Position numbers and translations under genes: made by a program. From Candidatus Levyibacteriota bacterium (GTDB lineage Bacteria; Patescibacteriota; Microgenomatia; Levybacterales; UBA12049), in the NCBI GenBank assembly GCA_963790825.1, contig CAWBPM010000004.1, positions 94,987-158,986 on the forward strand: 64,000 bases of DNA. Reading direction: 5' to 3'. Of this stretch, positions 37,477 to 45,531 are shown one piece after another (the stretch's first letter is position 1; every line of letters begins with the position of its first letter). The notes beneath the pieces were generated by a model that had not been told where the DNA came from, ran no database searches, and was given only the letters and a program-made list of their open reading frames with translations.

Positions 37477-38169
37477 ATGCGAAAACACTGCTTAAAAACA
37501 TTTTATTCTTTTAATAGTTGCCTCCTGGTTCTTGTTTTTTTTCTTACCCTTGCGTTTCCGCAGAATCTTGCTTTTGCGCAAAATCAAGCTACTACTTGTA
37601 CAAAAATTGGGTCTCCGGTAGGGAGTCCGCCAGCCGGATGTGGTGGTGGATCGAGCGATATGGCTAGCGCTGCAAACGCCTTAATTAATCTAATAGTCAG
37701 CAAATGTGGTGGGAGTTATTCCTCGGGCAACGAGACATGTATTTCTGTCAACGACTTGACGATGTTCAAGTATCCTATTGATGCCTATACCGATATTACT
37801 GCTTCTGTAAATTCTTACACATTTCTTCAATGTGTTGGTTTTGTAAATACAGTTACAGCAGGTATGTTTCAACAAGGACTAAAAGAAATAGATGCTCGGG
37901 GTAGCGCCGCAGCTTATGCCAGCACTAACGCCCCTCCTGGATATGTGTATGTTGATAAAAATAGTGGTACAATAAAGCCAGGAGATATTCCTGTTTGGAC
38001 AGATAATGGCGTTGATTCTAATGGACACATCGCAATTGCAATTAGTGTTCTTGACTCTGATCATTTTGTTATAGCAGAAGCCAATGGATTCAATGGTCAT
38101 GTAGCAAATACTAGAAATATTCAAACAAGCACAGAATATGGCTTAGCTGGTTGGCTAGAAAAACTATGA
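37477..38169 (+). CDS. Secreted CHAP-domain peptidoglycan hydrolase (cysteine, histidine-dependent amidohydrolase/peptidase)
   Basis: Signal peptide plus catalytic Cys context FLQCVGFVNTVTAGMF and His context NGHIAIAISVLDSDHFVIAEAN typical of CHAP domains. Adjacent to the SLT-like protein, mirroring the SLT+CHAP hydrolases of Gram-positive conjugation systems. Confidence 0.6.
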   Translation: MRKHCLKTFYSFNSCLLVLVFFLTLAFPQNLAFAQNQATTCTKIGSPVGSPPAGCGGGSSDMASAANALINLIVSKCGGSYSSGNETCISVNDLTMFKYPIDAYTDITASVNSYTFLQCVGFVNTVTAGMFQQGLKEIDARGSAAAYASTNAPPGYVYVDKNSGTIKPGDIPVWTDNGVDSNGHIAIAISVLDSDHFVIAEANGFNGHVANTRNIQTSTEYGLAGWLEKL

Positions 38170-38894
38170 TGTATTCAAAAACTAAATTATTATTGTTTTA
38201 CTCGCTCATTGCACTGATATTTATTCTAGTAGTAGGTATGTTTTTGATCCTTAGAAATAAAAAAAATGGTCAAACGCAACCGGGTAACCAAAATGGTTTT
38301 GTAACAATCACCCCTTTCCCAACAAACGGAATTCAACATTTGTCGATTATAAAAACCACCCCACTAGACAAGGCCATAAATATTCCACTGAGCTCAGATA
38401 TCTTTATCACATTTAACAGCTCACAACAAATTAATCAGGTTACAGTTAACGCTGTCCCAGCAATTCAATACACTCAATCAATCTTAGGAAATACGCTAGT
38501 ACTCACACTTTCTCAAGTCCTTCAATCAAACACTAAATATCAAATATCCACTAGTCTTCCTGGTGGCTCGCCATATACTTTTTCTTTTACAACTATCGGT
38601 AATACAATTACTCCGTCTCCCGATACGAGAGATACAAATTTATTTAATAAGATTAAGGCAAACGAAAGAGAAAAATCTCCCGATGTGTATGTTTCCAACA
38701 ATTCTCCCTATCACAACCAAGACTTCTCAATAAGTTATAATTTTGTTTCTGGAACACCCACGGGTCATTTTCACTTCACTGTAATTTTATTAAATCCGGA
38801 TAAAAACGTCGTACAGGCAAGTTTCATCAACTGGCTAAAATCACTTGATATGACAGATGAACAAATACAACGCCTTGATATCACGTATCAATAA
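38166..38894 (+). CDS. Hypothetical membrane-anchored secreted protein
   Basis: Track ORF starts at TTG 38151. ATG (MMYSKTKLLLFYSLIALIFILVVGMFLIL) overlaps the CHAP gene stop (ATGA). Beta-rich Thr/Ser/Asn-rich body. Confidence 0.45.
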   Translation: MMYSKTKLLLFYSLIALIFILVVGMFLILRNKKNGQTQPGNQNGFVTITPFPTNGIQHLSIIKTTPLDKAINIPLSSDIFITFNSSQQINQVTVNAVPAIQYTQSILGNTLVLTLSQVLQSNTKYQISTSLPGGSPYTFSFTTIGNTITPSPDTRDTNLFNKIKANEREKSPDVYVSNNSPYHNQDFSISYNFVSGTPTGHFHFTVILLNPDKNVVQASFINWLKSLDMTDEQIQRLDITYQ

Positions 38895-39202
38895 ATTCTC
38901 AGCCAGTACAAAAAAGCGGCTCGCAATCACGGGTCCAAATTGATAAACAAACGCTTCAAAATGATTTTCCTTTAACAAAATGGACACCCCTTACTACAAA
39001 TGATTATAAAATATATTATCCTGACAAAAAAAAGCACTTCGGGTAAATATACTAAACCCAAACATAGATACAACAACCATAGAACAAGAAGTAACGGATT
39101 GGATCCAGAGTAAAGGCGTAGACCCCACAACATATACAATCACCTACTATAGTGTTAGCGGCCAACAAATAGCCATACAAACTGCTTCAAAATAATCTAC
39201 CA

Positions 39203-40318
39203 TTACTGCTGGATCCTAACCGGCATGACGAGGTGGAGAAAAGAGGGGTCGTCTTTTATTTTAAATACCCCGGGGTTTAAGGGTCCTGTCATTTCAAACA
39301 CTAGGTTGTCTGCTTCGATATTTGAAAAACAATCAAGAAGATAGTGGGCGTTAAAGGCTATTTCATTCTCTTCGCCTTTTATTTGCGCTTCCACCTCAAC
39401 CATATTCTCCCCAACTGATGCTGCTTGGGAAGAAACAATAATTTTTCCATTACTTAGTGAAAACCTGATAATATTTGCGCTGTCTCTGGCAAAAATAGAA
39501 CAGATCTTTACTGCTTTTAGCATTTCCTCCCTATCAAATTCTGCTTTAACTGAAAATTCGGTCGGAATGATTTTTGCAAACGGCGGAAACTCCGCTTCAA
39601 TAAGACGCCCAATAAGAATTGTATCTTCCTGCTCAAAAAGAATTTGATTACTTTGCTCTCCGACATACATTGACACTTTTTCTCCGTTTTTTAGGGCTAT
39701 AAGTTCGCGAAACACCCGGGACGGAACAATCATCGACCCATCTTCTTCCGACGCATCCTGGGGCGGAAGAGAAAGAGCGTAGTGCTTAAGAGAGAGACGA
39801 TACCCGTCGGTCGCAACCAAAAGAAATCCCTCCTTTTCCCGCCTGATCAAAACACCGGATAGCGCAGGACGGGCGGTATCATTACTGGAAGCAAAAATAA
39901 CTGAGGCAAAGTCCCCTTTAAGATCCGCTGTCTGAATCGTAGCAACCAGATTACCGCGATTTTCATAAAGTTTTGGGAAATCTTCCGCCGGAATTGTTTG
40001 AAATATGCTTTTACTTTTTTTACTGTGGACTTCCAAGATCTGGTCTTTTGTTTCTATGGTTATTTTCTCTGACACAAGAGATCCAATTAGCTCAGTAAAG
40101 GTTTTTGCAGGAACCGTCGTTGCCCCCTCTTCGTTTACGTCCACTGGAATTTGAATCTGTACTCCAATTTCCAGATCAGTACTACTAATACAAAGCGTTC
40201 CGTCTTTTACTTTTAAGAGGATATTAAGAAGTATAGGTAGTTGGCTTTTCGTAGAGATAGCATGAGTTACTAAGGAAAGTTTTTTTTGTAAAGTTTCTGC
40301 CAAGAGCGTTATCTTCAT
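39203..40318 (-). CDS. dnaN: DNA polymerase III beta sliding clamp
   Basis: MKITLLAETLQKKLSLVTHAISTKSQLPILLNILLKVKDGTLCISSTDLEIGVQIQIP and a three-domain length of 371 aa. Confidence 0.85.
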   Translation of the reverse strand: MKITLLAETLQKKLSLVTHAISTKSQLPILLNILLKVKDGTLCISSTDLEIGVQIQIPVDVNEEGATTVPAKTFTELIGSLVSEKITIETKDQILEVHSKKSKSIFQTIPAEDFPKLYENRGNLVATIQTADLKGDFASVIFASSNDTARPALSGVLIRREKEGFLLVATDGYRLSLKHYALSLPPQDASEEDGSMIVPSRVFRELIALKNGEKVSMYVGEQSNQILFEQEDTILIGRLIEAEFPPFAKIIPTEFSVKAEFDREEMLKAVKICSIFARDSANIIRFSLSNGKIIVSSQAASVGENMVEVEAQIKGEENEIAFNAHYLLDCFSNIEADNLVFEMTGPLNPGVFKIKDDPSFLHLVMPVRIQQ

Positions 40319-40567
40319 ATATTACTACTTGTAGTTGTAGTAGTGTATATGGAAAAGTGGAAAATTGCAAGAGAAGCTTACCCCATAATACAACAAAAAA
40401 CAGAGAACACTTTTTTATTAAAAGCTAAATATTGAAAGACAGCAGACTTAATTTGTGCAATAATAAATAATTAGCTGATAAACAACAGGTATAAAAAATG
40501 TGGAAAAAAAGTTGATATTTTTGGGCATAACTTGTTAATAAGGTAATTGATGGGTTATCCCCCTTTT
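40319..40567. promoter_or_regulatory. AT-rich dnaN-dnaA intergenic region with imperfect DnaA boxes, candidate oriC/DUE
   Basis: AGTGGAAAA (about 40356), TGTGGAAAA (about 40499), TTATCCCCC (about 40552), plus long A/T runs (AATAATAAATAATTAGCTGATAAACAAC). Confidence 0.35.
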
Positions 40568-41917
40568 CTACCCATGAAGTTTTAAAGTTATCCCCGCGAT
40601 ATCCTCTGCCACCATGGTTTTATCAGATGTTAATTTCTCCATCTTCCCCACCCCATACATGATGGTTGTATGATCTCTGCCACCTAAAATATTCCCAATC
40701 TCCATTAAAGTAAGTCCCAACTCATGTTTTAAAAGAAACATGGTCACTTGTCTGGCGCGAACCAAGCCGGCATCTCGCTTTGGTCCTTTGAGTTGAGTTG
40801 ATTTAACGTCGTAAAACACACAAACCGCCTTGATAATATCGTCAGCATAGAGATGTTCCCGCTTTTCCTGGATTTGCTGCCCCAGTGCTTTTTTTGCCAA
40901 CTCAATACTTATTGGACTGTTTTCTATCATTGCCTGAGAGATAACACGGGTCAAAAGCCCCTCTAATGTTCTTGTGTCTGAAGCGGAGTCAGCCAGGATT
41001 TTTGCAACCTCAATCGGCAATTCATGACCGAACTTCTCCGCCTTTTTTTGTAAAATTGCGGTTTTTAACTCAAAATCTGGCGGACTTATATCAACCGTTA
41101 GTCCACCGGCAAACCGGGAAGAGAGTCGTTTTTCAATTTTTTTAATTTCTTGCGGAGGCCGATCAGAAGACAAGCAGATCTGTGAATTATTGTCAATTAA
41201 AATATTAAAAGTATGAAATAGCTCTTCCTGCACCCGTTCTTTTCCTTCAATAAACTGAATGTCGTCAATTAAAAGTAGGCTGGATGTGCGAAAACGTTTC
41301 TTCATTCGGGCAGTATCGTTATTGCGAATTGCATCAATGACCTCATTGGTAAATTCTTCACTCGTGATGTAGATAATTTTTCTTTCCGGGGTTTTTTGAT
41401 ACACATGATTGGCAATTGCGTGCATTAAATGTGTCTTTCCTACCCCAACCGGACCATAGATAAAAAATGGATTATATGACGTGCCGATATGATTGGCAAC
41501 AGTTGTTGCGGAGGCAAATGCCAATTCGTTCGTCGAAGGGGACACCGCAAAGTTTTCAAATGTATATTCAGGTCGTACTCTGGGAAGATGCCCCACCGTT
41601 GTGGGTTGACTGGGGACGGAATTTTCAAAAAGCGGACCGGTTGGGGTATTTATTTTCTCAGACAAGATATGTTTGGGGATAAAAACTAAGGTTAAGTTGC
41701 GTTTTGTCTGTGCGTCAAGCGCTGCTTTAATTTCTGCAGAGAAGCGTTTTTTAAGTAAATCAATTACTATCAGCGATGGTGCGGCAATAGTGGCAGAGTC
41801 CTTATCAAGCGATAAAAGCGCAGTGGATTTAAAAAAAGTAAAAAAATTGGCCTTAGAAACGGATTTTTCCAAATCCGCAAGCACCTGTTTCCAAAGTGTT
41901 GTTGTGTCAATATCCAT
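40568..41917 (-). CDS. dnaA: Chromosomal replication initiator DnaA
   Basis: Walker A GPVGVGKTHL, LLIDDIQF, C-terminal DNA-binding helix DHTTIMYGVGKM. Track ORF trimmed to Met21 (MDIDTTTLWKQVLADLEK, canonical DnaA N-terminus). Confidence 0.9.
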   Translation of the reverse strand: MDIDTTTLWKQVLADLEKSVSKANFFTFFKSTALLSLDKDSATIAAPSLIVIDLLKKRFSAEIKAALDAQTKRNLTLVFIPKHILSEKINTPTGPLFENSVPSQPTTVGHLPRVRPEYTFENFAVSPSTNELAFASATTVANHIGTSYNPFFIYGPVGVGKTHLMHAIANHVYQKTPERKIIYITSEEFTNEVIDAIRNNDTARMKKRFRTSSLLLIDDIQFIEGKERVQEELFHTFNILIDNNSQICLSSDRPPQEIKKIEKRLSSRFAGGLTVDISPPDFELKTAILQKKAEKFGHELPIEVAKILADSASDTRTLEGLLTRVISQAMIENSPISIELAKKALGQQIQEKREHLYADDIIKAVCVFYDVKSTQLKGPKRDAGLVRARQVTMFLLKHELGLTLMEIGNILGGRDHTTIMYGVGKMEKLTSDKTMVAEDIAGITLKLHG

Positions 41918-42098
41918 ACGGTGAATACATAGAACAGAAATAATTATCGGGAAGAAGATGAATGGTAAAAAAAACAAATGCGCTTATCATAGTAACTACC
42001 GGTACCATGCAGTGTAATAATGTGGATAACTCTTTGTCAAGTAGGAAAAGCTCTTTATCTTTGACCGATAATCCCTTTTCTGCTATACTCAGATCAGA
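41918..42098. promoter_or_regulatory. dnaA-rpmH intergenic region: perfect DnaA box TGTGGATAA (about 42021-42029), weaker boxes, and the rpmH promoter (TTGACC-18nt-TATACT about 42061-42090)
   Basis: The consensus DnaA box is seen directly. TTGACC/TATACT are spaced 18 nt apart and end about 8 nt before the rpmH ATG, so the transcript is nearly leaderless. Confidence 0.5.
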
Positions 42099-42233
42099 AT
42101 GGAAAAATCAATCAAATTAAAAAAGAAAAAACGCATACGAAAGCACGGTTTTATGAGTCGGATGAGCTCGTATGGCGGAGAGAAAGTGCTCAAAAGACGG
42201 AGAAACAGAAAAAGAGCAAGTTTGTCCTTATAA
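42099..42233 (+). CDS. rpmH: 50S ribosomal protein L34
   Basis: Hand-translated MEKSIKLKKKKRIRKHGFMSRMSSYGGEKVLKRRRNRKRASLSL, matching the L34 pattern K-R..HGF..RM.T..G..VL..RR.KGR. Under 60 aa so absent from the track. Confidence 0.7.
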   Translation: MEKSIKLKKKKRIRKHGFMSRMSSYGGEKVLKRRRNRKRASLSL

Positions 42234-42251
42234 AACCACACATCCTATCTC

Positions 42252-42581
42252 ATGTTTAAAAAAATATACCGTTTACCCTCTCACGCGAGAATTATTGCAA
42301 AGTACTCAGCCCGCACACCTTTTTTTACACTTATTGCAGCTCCGAACAACACGCTGGTTAGCAGATTTGGTTTTATTATAAGTAAAAGAGTAGAAAAGCG
42401 GGCTACCGGCAGAAACAGGACTAAACGAATTTTCCGGTCATATGTTGAGACCCTGTGGGAACGCATTTTACCGGGATACGACTTTTTATTTATTATTCAT
42501 GATACAATAGGTTCAACTAAAAACGTCTTTTCCTGCGAACAGTTGGAAAAGGAACTGCAAAAAGGGAGATTTTTAAAATGA
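42252..42581 (+). CDS. rnpA: Ribonuclease P protein component
   Basis: Immediately after rpmH. Basic 109-aa protein with FGFIISKRVEKRATGRNRTKR (RNR motif region). Confidence 0.8.
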   Translation: MFKKIYRLPSHARIIAKYSARTPFFTLIAAPNNTLVSRFGFIISKRVEKRATGRNRTKRIFRSYVETLWERILPGYDFLFIIHDTIGSTKNVFSCEQLEKELQKGRFLK

Positions 42582-42787
42582 AACAATTGATATTGGGTAT
42601 GATTAGCATTTACGCAATTTTTATCTCGCCGATTCTTAAACAGCTGATTGCCAGTCCGCGGATGTGCCGCTATACCCCTTCCTGCTCAGCTTATACAGCC
42701 GGCGTTATTAATAAATATGGGGTGGCAAGAGGCTTATTGTACGGATTGAAACGATTTCTTTCCTGTCAGCCATTTAGCGGGGCATAA
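42578..42787 (+). CDS. yidD: Membrane protein insertion efficiency factor YidD
   Basis: ISIYAIFISPILKQ...CRYTPSCSAY...YG...G..L...R..RC.P (YidD/hemolysin-like signature) in the conserved position between rnpA and yidC. Confidence 0.8.
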   Translation: MKQLILGMISIYAIFISPILKQLIASPRMCRYTPSCSAYTAGVINKYGVARGLLYGLKRFLSCQPFSGA

Positions 42788-42793
42788 AAACAT

Positions 42794-43621
42794 ATGGGAA
42801 ATTTCTTTGCAACTTTTTTTACTAATCCTATCTTAAATATTTTGGTTTTCATTTACCAGGGATTATCTTTTTTACATATTCCCTATGCACTTGGCTTCTC
42901 AATTATTATATTAACTGTTGTGATCCGATTTATTCTCTATCCGTTAACAGCAGCACAACTTAAGTCTTCAAAAAAAATGCAGGCAGTTGCTCCTCATATC
43001 AATAAACTGAAAGAGAAACATAAAGGCGATATGAAGCGGATCCAGGAGGAAACTATGCTGCTATATAAAGAGCATGGGGTAAATCCTGTGGCAGGATGTC
43101 TGCCTGCGTTAATTCAACTTCCGGTGATTTGGGCACTTTACGCGGTGCTTAGGCAAATTGTTGGAACAGGCAACCATCAAACGCTTGCACAACTAAATAA
43201 AGTAATTTACTTCGGAAACCTAAAATTACATGCACTTTGGAGTCCAGATTTTTTTGGTGTGTCCTTAGGGCAATCCCCAGCTCACCTTATTGCCACAGCC
43301 GGTCCGGTGGTGCTTTTAGTGCCGCTTCTTACCGGACTGTTTCAGTTTCTGCAAACCAAAATGATGTTCCCCGTTCAGCCCCCGGTGCCTAAAACAAATA
43401 ACGACAAAAAAGATGAAACTGACTTTGCCGCAAGTTTTCAGTCCCAATCCCTTTACCTTTTTCCGATTATGATCGGCTATCTGTCCTACAAGTTTCAATT
43501 TGGTTTATCTTTGTACTGGAATACCTTTACGATTTTTGGTATCATACAGCAATACAAAGTTGCGGGTTTAGGCGGAATTGAACCCTGGATACAAAAAACA
43601 AAAAAGATTTTAAAAAAATAA
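42794..43621 (+). CDS. yidC: Membrane protein insertase YidC/Oxa1 (short form)
   Basis: YidC core PLTAAQLKSSKKMQAVAPHINKLKEKHKGDMKRIQEETMLLYKEHGVNP and 5 TM helices. Confidence 0.85.
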   Translation: MGNFFATFFTNPILNILVFIYQGLSFLHIPYALGFSIIILTVVIRFILYPLTAAQLKSSKKMQAVAPHINKLKEKHKGDMKRIQEETMLLYKEHGVNPVAGCLPALIQLPVIWALYAVLRQIVGTGNHQTLAQLNKVIYFGNLKLHALWSPDFFGVSLGQSPAHLIATAGPVVLLVPLLTGLFQFLQTKMMFPVQPPVPKTNNDKKDETDFAASFQSQSLYLFPIMIGYLSYKFQFGLSLYWNTFTIFGIIQQYKVAGLGGIEPWIQKTKKILKK

Positions 43622-43622
43622 T

Positions 43623-44078
43623 ATGCCGGAAGACAAACAAGTAGTTATACACAGTACGGTTTCAGAATTATTCCACAAGCTGGATATCAGCGGAACGTTT
43701 GAGCTGGTAGAGCGTGACGATATCGTTGAGGTAGTTTTAACTACGCAAGAAAGCGGTATGGTTATCGGATACCATGGTGAGACCTTAGACGCAATGCAAT
43801 TCCTGCTCTCTTTAATGGTCGCAAAGAAACTGGGAAGTTTTGTCAGGATATCACTGGAAGTCGGCGACTATAAAAAGAATAGAAGCGAATATCTTGAAAG
43901 ATTGGCTATCCAAGTAAAAGAACGGGTGTTAGCCGAAGGGCGCGAGCATACACTACCCGATCTCAAACCTTGGGAACGGCGTATTGTTCACTTGATTCTT
44001 CAAGATGATGATGAAGTTACCTCCGAATCAATTGGCGAAGGGAAAGAGCGGGTTTTGGTGGTCAAGCCAAAAGCTTAA
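43623..44078 (+). CDS. jag: Jag/KhpB-like RNA-binding protein (KH + R3H domains)
   Basis: GYHGETLDAMQFLL (KH) and C-terminal R3H region LPDLKPWERRIVHLILQ, in the conserved position after yidC. Confidence 0.75.
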   Translation: MPEDKQVVIHSTVSELFHKLDISGTFELVERDDIVEVVLTTQESGMVIGYHGETLDAMQFLLSLMVAKKLGSFVRISLEVGDYKKNRSEYLERLAIQVKERVLAEGREHTLPDLKPWERRIVHLILQDDDEVTSESIGEGKERVLVVKPKA

Positions 44079-45351
44079 AACCAGTCTTTTTTACTTTACG
44101 CTCCTTTTTTTACCCACTCAGCTTGGTAAACATTTCTGGCCATCCTTTGCTTTTCTGGAAGGTATTAAAATTGATTACCTTTCCCCCACGCTTTACCTAA
44201 CCGATATCAGCACCCTTTTTTTGTTTTTTTTATCTTTGACATCTATAAGAAAAAGATTTATTTTTTCTGCTATTTCCCAACCCAAAATAATTATTTTTTT
44301 AGGATTTATACTTCTTCTCCTCTTTGTGTCACTTATCTCGCTTAGTCCCCAGGAAGTAATCTATGGTCTTATTAAACTACTGGAGATGATATTTTTTGCA
44401 ATTGTCTGTGCCAAATACATACAAAACAAAAAATCTTTTACCAAAGTAGTTTATCTTTTCTCGATCGGTGTTTTAATAGAATCCGGTCTTGCCATAGGGC
44501 AAAGTATCCACCAAAGTTCGCTCGGTGGTTGGTGGTATTTTCTGGGAGAGCGGACGTTTACGGCTCAGACGCTCGGTATTGCCAACGCAGCCATTCACGG
44601 CATTTTGCTACTTCGTCCTTATGGTACGTTTTCTCATCCAAATGTTTTGGCGGGGTACCTGGTTATTAGTTTGTGCTTAATTGCTTCCTGGGTCGTTTTG
44701 AATTTTCGCCGTCTTAATTTAGCAAAAAGAATATATTTTCTTTTGCTTTTTTTATCAGGCATTTGCGCGCTGATCCTATCTCTGAGCAGAGTAGCAATCA
44801 CCGCGTTTGTAATTGTCGGAGTTTTGTTCCTTCTCTTTAACCGGGCAATAGTTCACAAAAACCGTTTTCATCTTCTCTTTTTTATCCTGCTATTTATTCT
44901 TGTTGTTCTGTTTATTTCTCCGCTCGGCTATCGATTTTTGCAGCTCTCACTCACAGACGAGACATATACGCTTCGTCGAACTCTCGCCCTTGAGTCACTG
45001 CAAATTTTTTGGCTCCATCCGTTGTTAGGCGTGGGCTTACAAAACTTTTTACCGGCACTTATAAAACTTCATCCCGACACTCCCCTTTCTTTTTTACAGC
45101 CGGTTCATAACATTTATCTTCTTACCCTTTCTCAAACCGGCATTATCGGTGCCATCTATTTTCTCTCATTTCTATTTAAAACATATTCTCTGCTTCTCAA
45201 AAAAATAAAACACAATGCCCCCCGCTCGATGATTTCACTCACGCTTTTATCGCTCGTTCTTTTTATCGGTTTATTCGATCATTATTTTCTGACCCTACAG
45301 CAGGGACAATTGCTATTTGCCTTTATCCTGGGACTCAGTTGGAAAAAGTAG
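44005..45351 (+). CDS. O-antigen ligase/polymerase family membrane protein (Wzy_C domain)
   Basis: About 12 TM helices and a periplasmic loop GIANAAIHGILLLRPYGTFSHPNVLAGYLVISL matching the Wzy_C/WaaL signature. Track start overlaps jag by 74 nt, so the true start is probably downstream and uncertain. Confidence 0.55.
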   Translation: MMMKLPPNQLAKGKSGFWWSSQKLKTSLFYFTLLFLPTQLGKHFWPSFAFLEGIKIDYLSPTLYLTDISTLFLFFLSLTSIRKRFIFSAISQPKIIIFLGFILLLLFVSLISLSPQEVIYGLIKLLEMIFFAIVCAKYIQNKKSFTKVVYLFSIGVLIESGLAIGQSIHQSSLGGWWYFLGERTFTAQTLGIANAAIHGILLLRPYGTFSHPNVLAGYLVISLCLIASWVVLNFRRLNLAKRIYFLLLFLSGICALILSLSRVAITAFVIVGVLFLLFNRAIVHKNRFHLLFFILLFILVVLFISPLGYRFLQLSLTDETYTLRRTLALESLQIFWLHPLLGVGLQNFLPALIKLHPDTPLSFLQPVHNIYLLTLSQTGIIGAIYFLSFLFKTYSLLLKKIKHNAPRSMISLTLLSLVLFIGLFDHYFLTLQQGQLLFAFILGLSWKK

Positions 45352-45531
45352 CGTTTAGCTTGTATTGATAAGCTTATTTCTTTGTGACTGTCTGCCCGAA
45401 AAAATACCAGAAAAAATTAGCTTGATTTGACAAGCTAAAAGAAAAATTCCCGATACGGTTTTTTAAACAGTCTCGATCTGGACATTGTCTCCCCAGTCTC
45501 CTAGAATGAAATTACAGGGAGTAATTATCAC

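Noticed and set aside
16522-38166. Track start codons at 16522, 25118, 26354, 26998, 36842 and 38151 (and 11302 GTG)
   Set aside because: These positions are TTG or GTG codons rendered as M by the ORF finder. Downstream in-frame ATGs give sensible signal peptides or conserved N-termini and were used instead, with start confidence kept moderate.
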